Shown in pieces: positions 28,694-38,332 of a stretch of 64,000 nucleotides of DNA. The stretch is from contig CAJTMA010000002.1 of the NCBI GenBank assembly GCA_910577205.1, positions 123,136 through 187,135 of the forward strand. The letters are read 5' to 3'. The translations under genes and the position numbers were made by a program. The stretch is from an uncultured Alphaproteobacteria bacterium. Lineage in GTDB: Bacteria; Pseudomonadota; Alphaproteobacteria; RF32; CAG-239. Each line of letters opens with the position of its first letter. The stretch's first letter is position 1. Under the pieces are notes generated by a model. That model had not been told where the DNA came from. It did not search any database and worked only from the letters and a program-made list of their open reading frames with translations.

Positions 28694-29536
28694 CTATGGG
28701 CGGCGGGTGCAGACAGGAATCTTGCAGATTTTAATTCTGGTAATCCCCTTGCTGTTGGTATGTTTACGGTACAAAAAGCGGCGGCTTTTGAATAACAGCA
28801 CTTGCAGTTTTTTACCGAAGCTGAAAGGTTCATATGAAGCTATTTGGGAATTCTGGGCATATACCAGCCAGCCCAATACTCGTTCCATTGCGTGAGCCAG
28901 CGTTCCGCCGGCATGATTAGGTGCAGGCACATCAAAATCATTTGCCATATAATTCAACTTGAGCAGCGGTTTCATCAATTTCGCACGGCAGATAAACATT
29001 GTTCCCGCAACAAACCTGCGTTCTTTGGGCGGCAACCCCAGTTGCTGCATTATCTCTTCAGCGCGGCGGGTAGCTTCCCTATCCTCTTTTCCTGATTTGA
29101 CGATTAATTTCCAATGGCTCAACATTCCGATTTCAGAATGTTTTTCCAGCAAATTATATGCTTCAACAAATGTTTGTCTGTCTTTCAAAAAGCCCATCAG
29201 GCAATTGCGCCATTCTGAATTTTTGAAACATCCATATGGCAAATGTGCCGGTTTAGGTAAATCGCGTTTGGTATGCAACTTTATCACATAACCATAGTCA
29301 TCCAAGCTCACGGATTGCAGCACCTTTAAAAACGGTGCCAAGTCATATCCTCGATTGTCAACCATCATAATCTGCGCATCATTTTTGAATGCTAAAATCT
29401 CTTTTTTTACCGCGTCACAATCTTTAACAAGCGTCACATACAAATCATATGCCCTGCCCTCCAAGCTGCGCAGGCTGTTCAACATTTCCGGAAGCATATC
29501 GGCATAATAAAGGTGGAGATGGACTAAGATTTTCAT
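28694..29536 (-). CDS. Polysaccharide biosynthesis protein, RgpF (rhamnan synthesis F)-like
   Basis: N-terminal MKILVHLHLYYADM resembles the HLHLFY motif of the RgpF family. AAGGA RBS before ATG 29536. Confidence 0.5.
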   Translation of the reverse strand: MKILVHLHLYYADMLPEMLNSLRSLEGRAYDLYVTLVKDCDAVKKEILAFKNDAQIMMVDNRGYDLAPFLKVLQSVSLDDYGYVIKLHTKRDLPKPAHLPYGCFKNSEWRNCLMGFLKDRQTFVEAYNLLEKHSEIGMLSHWKLIVKSGKEDREATRRAEEIMQQLGLPPKERRFVAGTMFICRAKLMKPLLKLNYMANDFDVPAPNHAGGTLAHAMERVLGWLVYAQNSQIASYEPFSFGKKLQVLLFKSRRFLYRKHTNSKGITRIKICKIPVCTRRP

Positions 29537-29622
29537 TTTTAATCCTTGGATAAAACTATTGCAATACCCGGGTGATTGTAATAGACTTCCGGTAATAGTC
29601 AACTCTAAACAGGAATTATCTC

Positions 29623-30510
29623 ATGGGCGCTACGCTTTTTGCCAAGAACCTTATCCGACTGCTGAAATTCGACCTCAAAGCTCATCACAAAGCCATAAAG
29701 AAATATGCTGATTATGAATATATGCTTGATAATCTCAAATATGAAATTTGTGATGAAATCAAATCTTTAAAACTGCCGAAAGTTTTAGGGCAGAAAGCAA
29801 GTGTTGCCAAAATTATCAAGGACAAGTGCAGTGTGGTTCGCTACGGTGATGGCGAATTTAACCTGATGTTCGGCAGAGCTATCGGTTTTCAGGAATATAC
29901 GCCCGAGATAGCCGCCCGTTTGACCGAAGTTCTTCAATCAAACGATCCAAATATTCTGGTCGGCATTCCCGACCGTTTCGGCTCTCTCGCGGATATTGAC
30001 GCGCAATCACGCGCTTATTGGCGGACATTTATGGCGAAGAACCGCTCTCAGATATATAACTATTTGAATTTTGAACAAACTTATGCCGATGCTTGTTTTA
30101 CGGCTCATGCTATTGAACCGGATAATGAAAATACCCCTAAAGATGAAGCGGAAATCGAAGCTTATTACAACGAAATCCGCAAAATTTGGGATGGTCGTGA
30201 TATTACCATCATCCGCGGCGAAGGCACTGAAGTTTTTCAACATGATATTTATGACAATGCCAAATCGGTTAATTATATCTATGCCCCTAAAGCCCATGCG
30301 TTCCGCGAATATAACCGTATTTTAGCCGAAGCGACAGCTCAACCCAAAAACCGGTTGATGATTGTGGTTCTCGGCCCGACCGCCACCGTTTTGGCTTATG
30401 ACCTCGCTAAAGCTGGTTATCAGGCTTTAGACATCGGGCATCTCGGCAAAGCCTATGACTGGCTCAAACGCAAAGAAAACATCATCATTGGTAAATTTTT
30501 CGCCTCCTAA
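29623..30510 (+). CDS. GT-D-type glycosyltransferase (DUF1792 / SP_1767-like)
   Basis: VVRYGDGEFNLMFG segment resembles the DUF1792 signature. Confidence 0.5.
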   Translation: MGATLFAKNLIRLLKFDLKAHHKAIKKYADYEYMLDNLKYEICDEIKSLKLPKVLGQKASVAKIIKDKCSVVRYGDGEFNLMFGRAIGFQEYTPEIAARLTEVLQSNDPNILVGIPDRFGSLADIDAQSRAYWRTFMAKNRSQIYNYLNFEQTYADACFTAHAIEPDNENTPKDEAEIEAYYNEIRKIWDGRDITIIRGEGTEVFQHDIYDNAKSVNYIYAPKAHAFREYNRILAEATAQPKNRLMIVVLGPTATVLAYDLAKAGYQALDIGHLGKAYDWLKRKENIIIGKFFAS

Positions 30511-30717
30511 ACCGAGGCGGTTAGCCAGGCGCGGCCTAGAGCGTTTGGTGCGACAACGCAGAGTGACAAAGCTCCCGCGTTGCTCTAAAATACAGATGGT
30601 TAAGTTAGCGCCATGATTAATAAAATTGGCGATTAGCCGAAGTTTAGCTGCTTTAAGAACTATGCTCTGAAGATGCTCGTTGGCGGCCTCATGCATAACT
30701 TCATTATGTGCCCTTGT

Positions 30718-31566
30718 TTATTTTTTACTTTGCCAAAGTGACAAGCGGAGTTTAAGTGCTGTCAGCCACGGAGGAGAACTTTTGATTTTGCGATTTTCGT
30801 AATTGTCTTTTGTTTTCGTTTGGCGGTAGAAATCAGCGGCATTCTCCAATGTCAGCGGAAAGTATTTCTGGTAGTCAGCTTCGTCATGGGCTGCCCAGAC
30901 AACATTTTCCTTAACTACTTTAGCAGGCATTCCCGCGGCGATGCAATGCGGCGGAATGTCCCGGCTGACAACACTGCCAAACCCAAGAATACAGCCATTG
31001 CCCAGAGTAACGCCTTTCAAAATAACCGTCCGGCGTCCGACCCATACATTGTCTTCGATGACAACATCTCGGTCATGGTTAATTATGTTTCCTGAAAAAT
31101 CATAAATCGGGTGATAATCCGTATTATAAATGGTCGTATCGGCCAAGCCGCAGTCTCCCATGGTGATTTTGCCGCCTTTGGCAGCGACCAGCGGCGGCCA
31201 AGTGCACCACAGCTTCTTAGCGGTCACGGTTGCGGCTTCTTTCAATTCCCATTCGCCGGTAACAGCCGAATTGCCGCCTATTTCCAAATATGAACCATCA
31301 AAAGCCGATACCTTGACATTCATTAGTTCGCAGCAACGGCCAAACTTCACATGGGCATTGCGGATAATAAACTGACAGCCTTGCAGATAACAGCCTTCTT
31401 CCAGTTCTAGGGATGAATCGCCATAGAGCTTAATTTTACTATCTTTAATAAACACCTTTTTACCGAGTTTTACACTGTTGTTTTTCCCCGAAAAATGAAT
31501 GGCGGCGTTTTTATAAAATTGCGGCAGCCCTTCAATGGTATTATTCTTTTTACGGTTTTGCATCAT
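30718..31566 (-). CDS. Hexapeptide-repeat (LbH) sugar O-acetyltransferase
   Basis: C-terminal VVIEDNVWVGRRTVILKGVTLGNGCILGFGSVV hexapeptide repeats. ATG 31566 with AGGAAAA RBS. Confidence 0.75.
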   Translation of the reverse strand: MMQNRKKNNTIEGLPQFYKNAAIHFSGKNNSVKLGKKVFIKDSKIKLYGDSSLELEEGCYLQGCQFIIRNAHVKFGRCCELMNVKVSAFDGSYLEIGGNSAVTGEWELKEAATVTAKKLWCTWPPLVAAKGGKITMGDCGLADTTIYNTDYHPIYDFSGNIINHDRDVVIEDNVWVGRRTVILKGVTLGNGCILGFGSVVSRDIPPHCIAAGMPAKVVKENVVWAAHDEADYQKYFPLTLENAADFYRQTKTKDNYENRKIKSSPPWLTALKLRLSLWQSKK

Positions 31567-31567
31567 C

Positions 31568-32533
31568 TTATTTTCCTGATATTTCCGGCACTTCAAAACC
31601 AAATTCGTTTTTTATTCTTTCAATAATTTCCCGGTTGTCATACTTGGCTTTGCCATCGCCTTGGTCAACCCAGACGGAATGCCCGGAATGCCCCTGCCAT
31701 GCGTGATCGTAGTAATCTGTCACTTTTTGCCCGGAAGCAATAAACGGATCGGCAAATTTATAGCCCAGATTTACCAACATCCCAAACCAATAAGCCCCGG
31801 TATCGGAATGCTTATACATATTGCCAAAAAAGCTGCGGCTTTTCTCAGTTATCTCTCGGGCATTTTTTACATTAACCATAGACACCCACTCGTTAATCCG
31901 GCATTCCCGGCTAAAGGCCTGCTTGGGATTAAATTTATGAATATCTTTTGTTTTGGGAGATGGTGTCAGCGGCCAATGCGGTGACGGGCGGCTGCCGTCC
32001 ATAATTTTTTGCGGATTGCATATTTCCGCAAAACGACAGCGCCAACATTGTCCCAATTCCCCGACGACAGCCATTTTTTCATCGCTTTGCAGCGTTTGGA
32101 GATACAGCGAGGCAACATCTTGCAGATACATCACATCATCATGCATCATCATCAGATAATCTTTATCCGTATGGTCTAAGGCATACTGATAACGAATGTC
32201 CTCGCGGTTATGCGAATATTTTTTGGAATAAAAACGCTTCCAGTTGCTAAGCATAAATTTTATTGTCCGCATATATTCCGGGCGAAAACCGCGAACATAT
32301 ACTTCTTTAATTCCGACATTGCGGGTATTGACCCGGACATCCAGTTTCCAAGGCTTAAAATATTCTGCCACTGCCGGGTGAGTATAAAGCTCGTAAGCAC
32401 CATTATTGGAGCAGTCATCATTGATATAAACCGTATCAATCAAATCGCCTGAATGTTTTTTTAAGGTCATTAACGTATAAAGCAGGGATTCCGGCTTTTT
32501 ATAAGAGTTAATCGCTACATCAATTTTAGTCAT
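31568..32533 (-). CDS. Hypothetical protein in polysaccharide cluster, possibly GT-A-fold glycosyltransferase
   Basis: 321 aa. NDDCSNNG segment and cluster context. Overlaps the upstream GT2 gene by 4 nt. Confidence 0.45.
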   Translation of the reverse strand: MTKIDVAINSYKKPESLLYTLMTLKKHSGDLIDTVYINDDCSNNGAYELYTHPAVAEYFKPWKLDVRVNTRNVGIKEVYVRGFRPEYMRTIKFMLSNWKRFYSKKYSHNREDIRYQYALDHTDKDYLMMMHDDVMYLQDVASLYLQTLQSDEKMAVVGELGQCWRCRFAEICNPQKIMDGSRPSPHWPLTPSPKTKDIHKFNPKQAFSRECRINEWVSMVNVKNAREITEKSRSFFGNMYKHSDTGAYWFGMLVNLGYKFADPFIASGQKVTDYYDHAWQGHSGHSVWVDQGDGKAKYDNREIIERIKNEFGFEVPEISGK

Positions 32534-33519
32534 ACAAATAATCTCGCTAAAGTAAAATGTCCGTTAAAGAACAGGCGGCAAGCCATAGATTTACGCCAGC
32601 CGAGAAGTTCCGGTTTCAAAGCTCCCTGCTCATACAAAGGCAAAACCAGTTCTCGCGCTTTCTCCAAAGACTGGCGGCGGGTTGCCTTATCTTTCATGCG
32701 GCGCAGCGGTTGCGAAATAACCGATTTGAAAATAAATCTGCTGATATAACGTTCCAGCAATTTATAATCATCCTTATTCTGCACGCGTTTAGATTTAAGG
32801 AAATAGTCATACAGCTCCTGTCCGGCCGCAGCGTGTACCCGAACATACTTATCGGTTTTGCCCTGATTCATGACTGATGTCGAGCTATCCCGGTAGTATA
32901 AAAGGCGCGTATCCGTATGGACGATATTCAAAACATGAAACATAGCTTTCAGCGTGAAAATCGTATCTTCCGCCGGTTGGATATCTTTAGGAAATTCAAT
33001 GCCGTCAATAGCGTCTTTTTTATACAGGCGATTCCAAACCAGCACCGAACCGCCACGCGGATTACGAAACCAAAAATGAAACGCATCATGCGAAAATTCG
33101 GCGGGTATTTTCTCAACGTCATAATGCGGCGGATTAACCATCACAAAATCATCAGGAACGGTTTCATTGGTAAATTCGGCAATATCCGCATTATATTTGG
33201 TAATCAAATAATAAAGAGCTTCCATCGCCTGGGGATGCAGCACATCATCCTGATCCAGCAAGGCAACATAGGGCGACACAGCGCTTTTTAATCCATGATT
33301 TCGCGCCATAGAACAGCCGGCATTTTCCTGTTCAATTAACCGAAAACGGGCATCTGCGGCAACATATTCGTTCACAATATCCGCCGTAGCGTCAGTAGAA
33401 CCGTCGTTGACGCAAATAATTTCCATATCGTCAAATGTTTGGTTTTTTACAGAATCTAAGCAAGGGCGAAGATACTTCTCAGCGTTATACAATGGGATAA
33501 TAAGCGAGATTGAGGGCAT
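32530..33519 (-). CDS. Family-2 glycosyltransferase
   Basis: ISLIIPLYNAEKYL...VNDGSTDAT...DQDD GT2 signatures. Confidence 0.8.
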   Translation of the reverse strand: MPSISLIIPLYNAEKYLRPCLDSVKNQTFDDMEIICVNDGSTDATADIVNEYVAADARFRLIEQENAGCSMARNHGLKSAVSPYVALLDQDDVLHPQAMEALYYLITKYNADIAEFTNETVPDDFVMVNPPHYDVEKIPAEFSHDAFHFWFRNPRGGSVLVWNRLYKKDAIDGIEFPKDIQPAEDTIFTLKAMFHVLNIVHTDTRLLYYRDSSTSVMNQGKTDKYVRVHAAAGQELYDYFLKSKRVQNKDDYKLLERYISRFIFKSVISQPLRRMKDKATRRQSLEKARELVLPLYEQGALKPELLGWRKSMACRLFFNGHFTLARLFV

Positions 33520-33591
33520 AGAAAAATTCCTTGATTTGCTAAATGATTTTTACTATACCCTCACAAATTTTTTAATGCAACAGCTTTTGCG

Positions 33592-34146
33592 CTATTCTCC
33601 CTCATAGCCCGGCAGAGAACATTTGCTGCTTTTATAAAGTTCCATCGCATTTATTAAAGTTTGCTTTGCCTCATTTGGGCCGAGGAAGGTTTCGATAACC
33701 ACTTCTTTATTTTCCAAGACTTTGTAATCTTCAAAAAAACGCTGCAATGTTTTTAACGTATGCGGCGGCAATTCGTCTATTGAATTGTAGTGGCTGTATT
33801 CAGGGTCATCAAGGTGAACCGCAATAATTTTGTCATCCATCTCGCCTTGATCAACCATCTTCATTACCCCAATCGGTTTGGCCCGCATAATTGACAAAGG
33901 CAAAACAGGTTCTTGCCCTAAAACCAAAATATCCAAGGGGTCGTTATCATCGCAATAGGTTTGGGGGATGAAACCGTAATTGGCAGGGTAATGCACGGCG
34001 CTGTATAAAATCCGGTCAACTTTCAGCAGGCCGCTTTTTTTATCCAGCTCATATTTGATATTCGAACCGCGGGGCACTTCAATCATTGCCGTTACAATAT
34101 CAGGAAAGCTTTCCCCATAACTGACGCCGTGCCAAGGATGTAACAT
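33592..34146 (-). CDS. ppa: Inorganic pyrophosphatase
   Basis: [23 protein letters not shown] and KIIAV motifs. GGGAGA RBS before ATG 34146. Confidence 0.9.
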   Translation of the reverse strand: MLHPWHGVSYGESFPDIVTAMIEVPRGSNIKYELDKKSGLLKVDRILYSAVHYPANYGFIPQTYCDDNDPLDILVLGQEPVLPLSIMRAKPIGVMKMVDQGEMDDKIIAVHLDDPEYSHYNSIDELPPHTLKTLQRFFEDYKVLENKEVVIETFLGPNEAKQTLINAMELYKSSKCSLPGYEGE

Positions 34147-34217
34147 AGTTTTATCTCCCATTATTAGTCAAACAATGGGAGATAAAATAGCTGTTTTATT
34201 CTAAAAGTCAAAAGTTT

Positions 34218-34877
34218 TTAAGCCCGGCGGCGACGTTTCCAATGATGGAAAACATAGATGACCAGCAAGACTGAGTAAAGGATACCCAACCCCCATAAAA
34301 TATAGGTCTTGACAGTTTCATCACTCCATTCGCGCGTGATTTCATTAACATTCAGCGCGCTGCCGGTAATTGCAAAGTCTGCATCCGGGTTTTCATGCAG
34401 CAAAGAAGCGGCAATTTGGTAGTCGGGATTAAGAAAGTCAAACTTGATTACCAAGTCGTCATTGACTTTTTCAAGTTTGGCGCTGATGGCATCCGTCGTA
34501 GCGGTTTTATCAAGGGTATAATGCACCAGTTTTGCCCCTTCAGGAACGGTGATACGTATCGGATCATGCCCGATTTGGGATACATCATTGCCTGACAATG
34601 CCGCCGCCCCTTTATTATGCAAATAAATTCTGGTCAGATATAAATCCTTATAATCTTTGTCATGAACTTTGACGGCATAGTCATTATCATTTTGCGAGGA
34701 AATAAATGTAACTTTTTCGGTTTCATATTTGAGAATCGGGCGGCTGATGTAAAATATGTAATAACCGACGACAATACCCGTTACGGCCAAAATAAATGCC
34801 CCTGTCTGACTGGTCCAAAAATTCCATATTGCTCCGGCAACAGCCCGCCAATCCTTACGCGCTTTTTTACTTATCAT
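34218..34877 (-). CDS. Hypothetical membrane-anchored protein
   Basis: 219 aa with one N-terminal and one C-terminal TM helix. Confidence 0.5.
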   Translation of the reverse strand: MISKKARKDWRAVAGAIWNFWTSQTGAFILAVTGIVVGYYIFYISRPILKYETEKVTFISSQNDNDYAVKVHDKDYKDLYLTRIYLHNKGAAALSGNDVSQIGHDPIRITVPEGAKLVHYTLDKTATTDAISAKLEKVNDDLVIKFDFLNPDYQIAASLLHENPDADFAITGSALNVNEITREWSDETVKTYILWGLGILYSVLLVIYVFHHWKRRRRA

Positions 34878-35031
34878 AACCCCTCACATGTCTTTTGTTT
34901 TCTTTTTAATATAGTCGTTTGCTGCAAAATTAAAAGAGTTCGTCTTCATGAGAAAAAATACGAAAGCTTATAAAAAAGTACTTGCATTTGCGAACAGAAA
35001 GCCTTATAGAATAGTGGTTAGCGATAACAAT

Positions 35032-35108
35032 CGGGATGTAGCGCAGCCTGGTAGCGCATTTGCATGGGGTGCAAGTGGTCGCTGGTTCGAATCCAGTCAT
35101 CCCGACCA
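35032..35108 (+). tRNA. tRNA-Pro (anticodon GGG)
   Basis: 77-nt cloverleaf: acceptor CGGGATG/CATCCCG, D-arm GCGC-AGCCTGGTA-GCGC, anticodon stem TTTGC/GCAAG with loop ATGGGGT, T-arm GCTGG-TTCGAAT-CCAGT, 3-prime CCA encoded. Confidence 0.9.
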
Positions 35109-35580
35109 ACCGCACGGCGGTAGCGATTAAGTGATTGTGTGCCGCAATAAAATAATGTGCTTTAAGAGTCAGCTTGTCTGGCTCTTTTTTATTGGATTGG
35201 GTGGCCGATGAGAACCAGCGAGGAAGCTGGTTTGACAAGGAGAAGCCGGCGAGACGGAAGTATCGCCGCTCTTGCGACGACGAAGCGGCGAAGTGAAACG
35301 AGCCAATCCAGTCAGCCGTACAACGGCACGGCGGTAGCGATTAAGCGATTGTGTGCCGCAATAAAATAATGTGCTTTAAGAGTCAGCTTGTCTGGCTCTT
35401 TTTTATTGGATTAGGCGGCCGATGAGAACCAGCAAGGAAGCTGGTTTGACAAGGAGAAGCCGGCGAGACGGAAGTATCGCCGCTCTTGCGACGACGAAGC
35501 GGCGAAGTGAAACGAGCCAATCCAGTCAGCCCGACCAACCGCACGGCGGTAGCGAAACCAACCGCACGGCGGTAGCATTA
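35109..35580 (+). repeat. Two tandem copies of a 214-bp unit plus two short 23-bp copies; each long copy ends in a pseudo tRNA-Pro 3-prime end (att-like direct repeats)
   Basis: cacggcggtagcga recurs at 35113, 35327 and 35542 (plus 35565). 35526-35554 (cagcccgaccaaccgcacggcggtagcg) matches tRNA 3-prime end plus flank 35098-35125 at 28 of 29 positions. Confidence 0.8.
35165..35190 (+). terminator. Terminator downstream of tRNA-Pro, repeated at 35379..35404
   Basis: agagtcag-cttgt-ctggctct hairpin plus TTTTTT. Confidence 0.6.
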
Positions 35581-35682
35581 AGTGATATAAAAAATCAAAA
35601 AAATATATCTTGAATAAAAAAAATAATTGACAATCTATATTTGTGTTTATAGACTTTTTAAGTTAAATCTCAAAGGAATGTT

Positions 35683-35799
35683 ATGGTAACAACAAGTCAA
35701 AATTTATTTATTTTTGAAAGCGCTAAGAACGGCGCTGCTTTGGTTTGCTTGTTGTCTATTTTCATTATTTCTATCTTGTTTCTGATTATCTGCCTCTGA
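35683..35799 (+). CDS. Candidate small hydrophobic protein (38 aa) MVTTSQNLFIFESAKNGAALVCLLSIFIISILFLIICL
   Basis: AAGGA RBS 7 nt upstream of the ATG. Single predicted TM helix. Lies between the att-like repeats and the island genes. Confidence 0.3.
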   Translation: MVTTSQNLFIFESAKNGAALVCLLSIFIISILFLIICL

Positions 35800-35891
35800 G
35801 CATTTTCTTTTGAATTAAAGTATGGGTGCTCAGGGGGAAACGCTGACATACTTTAGTTTGCAAAAAGTTCAGATAATCAGGATAAAACAGG

Positions 35892-37601
35892 ATGACACAC
35901 CAAACAGAAAATACAATAGAAGAAACCCAACAAACTTTCGCTGACTATTTTAATTTAGCAGGACAAAAGGATTTTAGAAAATTCTATTATGATTGGCATA
36001 TCGACAGTATGCTCGCGCCTTTTGCCGGCATGGCCGTACATTTTCAAAAAACATATGGGAAAGATGCCGAACTGCAATTTGCCAAACTTGCCGATGAAAT
36101 TACGCAGAATGTTCAAGACTACAATAATGACAAGCCCCAATTGAGTTTGCTCAAAACATCCAAGTTCAGCCATGGAAATACAAAGAGGCTTTCATCTTTA
36201 TTGGAGGGAATAGAAAGTTTTGGGTTTGATTTTCGGCAGTTTTTATACAGTTTTGCTCCGCAAGAAGACCACAACCGGGAATTTGGGAATTGGTTTGTCA
36301 AACCTAATATGCCCTACTCTAATCATCATGGGCTGATGGTCAGTTGCGATATTCTGCAATTTTTGAAAAAAATTTTTAACCAGATTGCCCAAGGCAACGA
36401 CACTTATCAACGGGCTTTATATGCGGCAGATGTTTATTTGCGGCAGCATATTGTCAAAGGTTACCGCTATGATGAAAATTATACTTTTTTCAGCCGCAGG
36501 AAATCAATGCGCCAATTACGCAGCCTGCGCAGTAAATTAAGCAAAAATTTTCGCCAGCAGCCGCTCAATGAAAATTTGCAGGATATATTCCAAACAGAAA
36601 AGCCCGGACTGCCACCGCAAAGCCGTTCCTACAGACCTAATGGTTTTGAGCTTGAATTTTATGTGCCTGAAGAATTTGGCAATTATGATAAGCTGATTAA
36701 TTATCTGAAAGAGAAAAACGGTTGGCAAAAATTGTATTCATCAAATAAAGATGCCGATGTTTATTTGGATGAAAATTCTGCCGGCGTTATCATGCGTGAT
36801 GAAAGCTTAGTCAGGTATAATAATCTGGCGGCTGTCGAATATGCCAGTTCTGTCATGCGGCGCAAGGAAGATGAACAAAACTGCCTTAAAATTCTTGATG
36901 CCTTTGACGAGGGGCACGTCAATGTCCATTGCTCCCTGCACCAGCATATATCAGCAGAAGGATTTGATTTGGCAACCTATAAGCGGCTTGTCAAACGGAT
37001 GATGCAGCATGAGGCGGAAATCGTCAGGGCTTTTGCCGCCCCGGAAAGGCGCGATAATAAATTGCTTTATGCAACTTATATCAGCCGCAATTTAAGCAAT
37101 AACGGCGAGAGAGATTATCCGTTTTTATGCGTTATGACCGATTTATGCGATAACAAACAGGAATTGCTTGATATGTCGGCTTTCGGACACAAATATAAAA
37201 CCTTAAACATACTGCCAAGCAAAACTGTCGAAATGCGTTTTATGAATGCAAATTTCAACAAGCGTTTTGTGGAGGCTTTCCTGCAATTCAACCGGGATTT
37301 TGTTAATGCCGCGGTAGAAAATTCTCCGCAGCATCTTAACCGGGCGGCTCTTAATAAATATAACTGGCATAACAATGTCGAAACAGACACGAAAACAGTC
37401 CAACACGGCCTGCCCTATTACTATCAGATTTCTTACGACACCTATAATCCAATGCGGCGCGATGCATCAAAAGAAGCTGTCGAAGGCGAGCAAACTTATG
37501 CACGTCTGGTTATGCACGCCTTGAATGAAACCGGAAAATTAAAGTATATTAATCCCGGTTACCATAAAAAGATGAAGGAGGTTATCGCTTATGGAAGATA
37601 A
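35892..37601 (+). CDS. Hypothetical 569-aa protein (candidate ligase or effector), translationally coupled to the downstream FGase-family gene
   Basis: Long ORF with no recognisable motif. Its stop overlaps the next start by 11 nt. Confidence 0.55.
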   Translation: MTHQTENTIEETQQTFADYFNLAGQKDFRKFYYDWHIDSMLAPFAGMAVHFQKTYGKDAELQFAKLADEITQNVQDYNNDKPQLSLLKTSKFSHGNTKRLSSLLEGIESFGFDFRQFLYSFAPQEDHNREFGNWFVKPNMPYSNHHGLMVSCDILQFLKKIFNQIAQGNDTYQRALYAADVYLRQHIVKGYRYDENYTFFSRRKSMRQLRSLRSKLSKNFRQQPLNENLQDIFQTEKPGLPPQSRSYRPNGFELEFYVPEEFGNYDKLINYLKEKNGWQKLYSSNKDADVYLDENSAGVIMRDESLVRYNNLAAVEYASSVMRRKEDEQNCLKILDAFDEGHVNVHCSLHQHISAEGFDLATYKRLVKRMMQHEAEIVRAFAAPERRDNKLLYATYISRNLSNNGERDYPFLCVMTDLCDNKQELLDMSAFGHKYKTLNILPSKTVEMRFMNANFNKRFVEAFLQFNRDFVNAAVENSPQHLNRAALNKYNWHNNVETDTKTVQHGLPYYYQISYDTYNPMRRDASKEAVEGEQTYARLVMHALNETGKLKYINPGYHKKMKEVIAYGR

Positions 37602-38328
37602 GCCTTTTGAATTTATTCCGGCAGCAAAAAGCAGCCCTTTTATCCTTACCTGCGAACACGCAGCCGCAGATATCCCTGACAAATATCATCATTTGGGATT
37701 GTCTGATGCAGACTTAAACAAACATATCGCCAGAGATAAAGGGGCTGGCGATATCTGCCGCTTGCTAGCAGAGAAGCTGGGCTGCGCTGCTTTTTTAGGA
37801 AAATATTCTCGGTTGTTAATTGACTTAAACCGCCGGACGGATGAAAGCGAACTCATCGTTAAGGAAAGCGATAAAATACAGATTCCCGGGAATGCCGATT
37901 TGTCTGATGCTGAACGGCAGAAGCGCATTGACCGTTTCTATGCCCCTTATTATAAAGCCATCAATGCCTACATTGATAATATGAAACAACAAGGCATAAC
38001 TCCGGTTATATTTTCAATTCACAGTTACACCCCGCAGCTTAAGGGAGGTAATTACCGTCCCTGGCAAGCAGGCGTTCTATATCACAAACCTGCGGCTTTT
38101 GCAGATTATCTTTATAAAAATTTAGCGAAAAGCTCTAAAGTCATTGGTGAAAATGTGCCTTATGATTTGCGGCAATATAACACCGGCGCGGTTATTATTT
38201 GCGGTGAAGAAAAAGGGTTGGATTATGGCCTGATTGAAATCCGCGATGACGAATTTGACAATCTGGCAGCCGGTGCTGCAGAATGGGCACAAATCCTCTC
38301 CGATATAATGTTAAAATACCGGAGCTGA
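37591..38328 (+). CDS. N-formylglutamate amidohydrolase (FGase) family hydrolase
   Basis: FILTCEHAAADIP, LIDLNRRTDE and IHSYTP segments resemble the FGase family. GGAGG RBS. Confidence 0.6.
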   Translation: MEDKPFEFIPAAKSSPFILTCEHAAADIPDKYHHLGLSDADLNKHIARDKGAGDICRLLAEKLGCAAFLGKYSRLLIDLNRRTDESELIVKESDKIQIPGNADLSDAERQKRIDRFYAPYYKAINAYIDNMKQQGITPVIFSIHSYTPQLKGGNYRPWQAGVLYHKPAAFADYLYKNLAKSSKVIGENVPYDLRQYNTGAVIICGEEKGLDYGLIEIRDDEFDNLAAGAAEWAQILSDIMLKYRS

Positions 38329-38332
38329 ATCA

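Noticed and set aside
30427-30717. ORF 30427..30696(-) and a relatively GC-rich 200-bp convergent intergenic segment, a possible sRNA or pseudogene
   Set aside because: There is no RBS and no convincing terminator or conserved structure that I could verify by eye. It is left unannotated.
35109-35580. CRISPR-array interpretation of the tandem repeats after tRNA-Pro
   Set aside because: The unit length is about 214 bp with no unique spacers, far from the CRISPR repeat-spacer geometry. Tandem att-site duplication fits better.
34930-35613. ORFs 34930..35238(-), 34948..35130(+) and 35422..35613(+)
   Set aside because: They overlap the tRNA-Pro gene (antisense or through it) or lie within the non-coding 214-bp tandem repeats. 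They were not considered genes.
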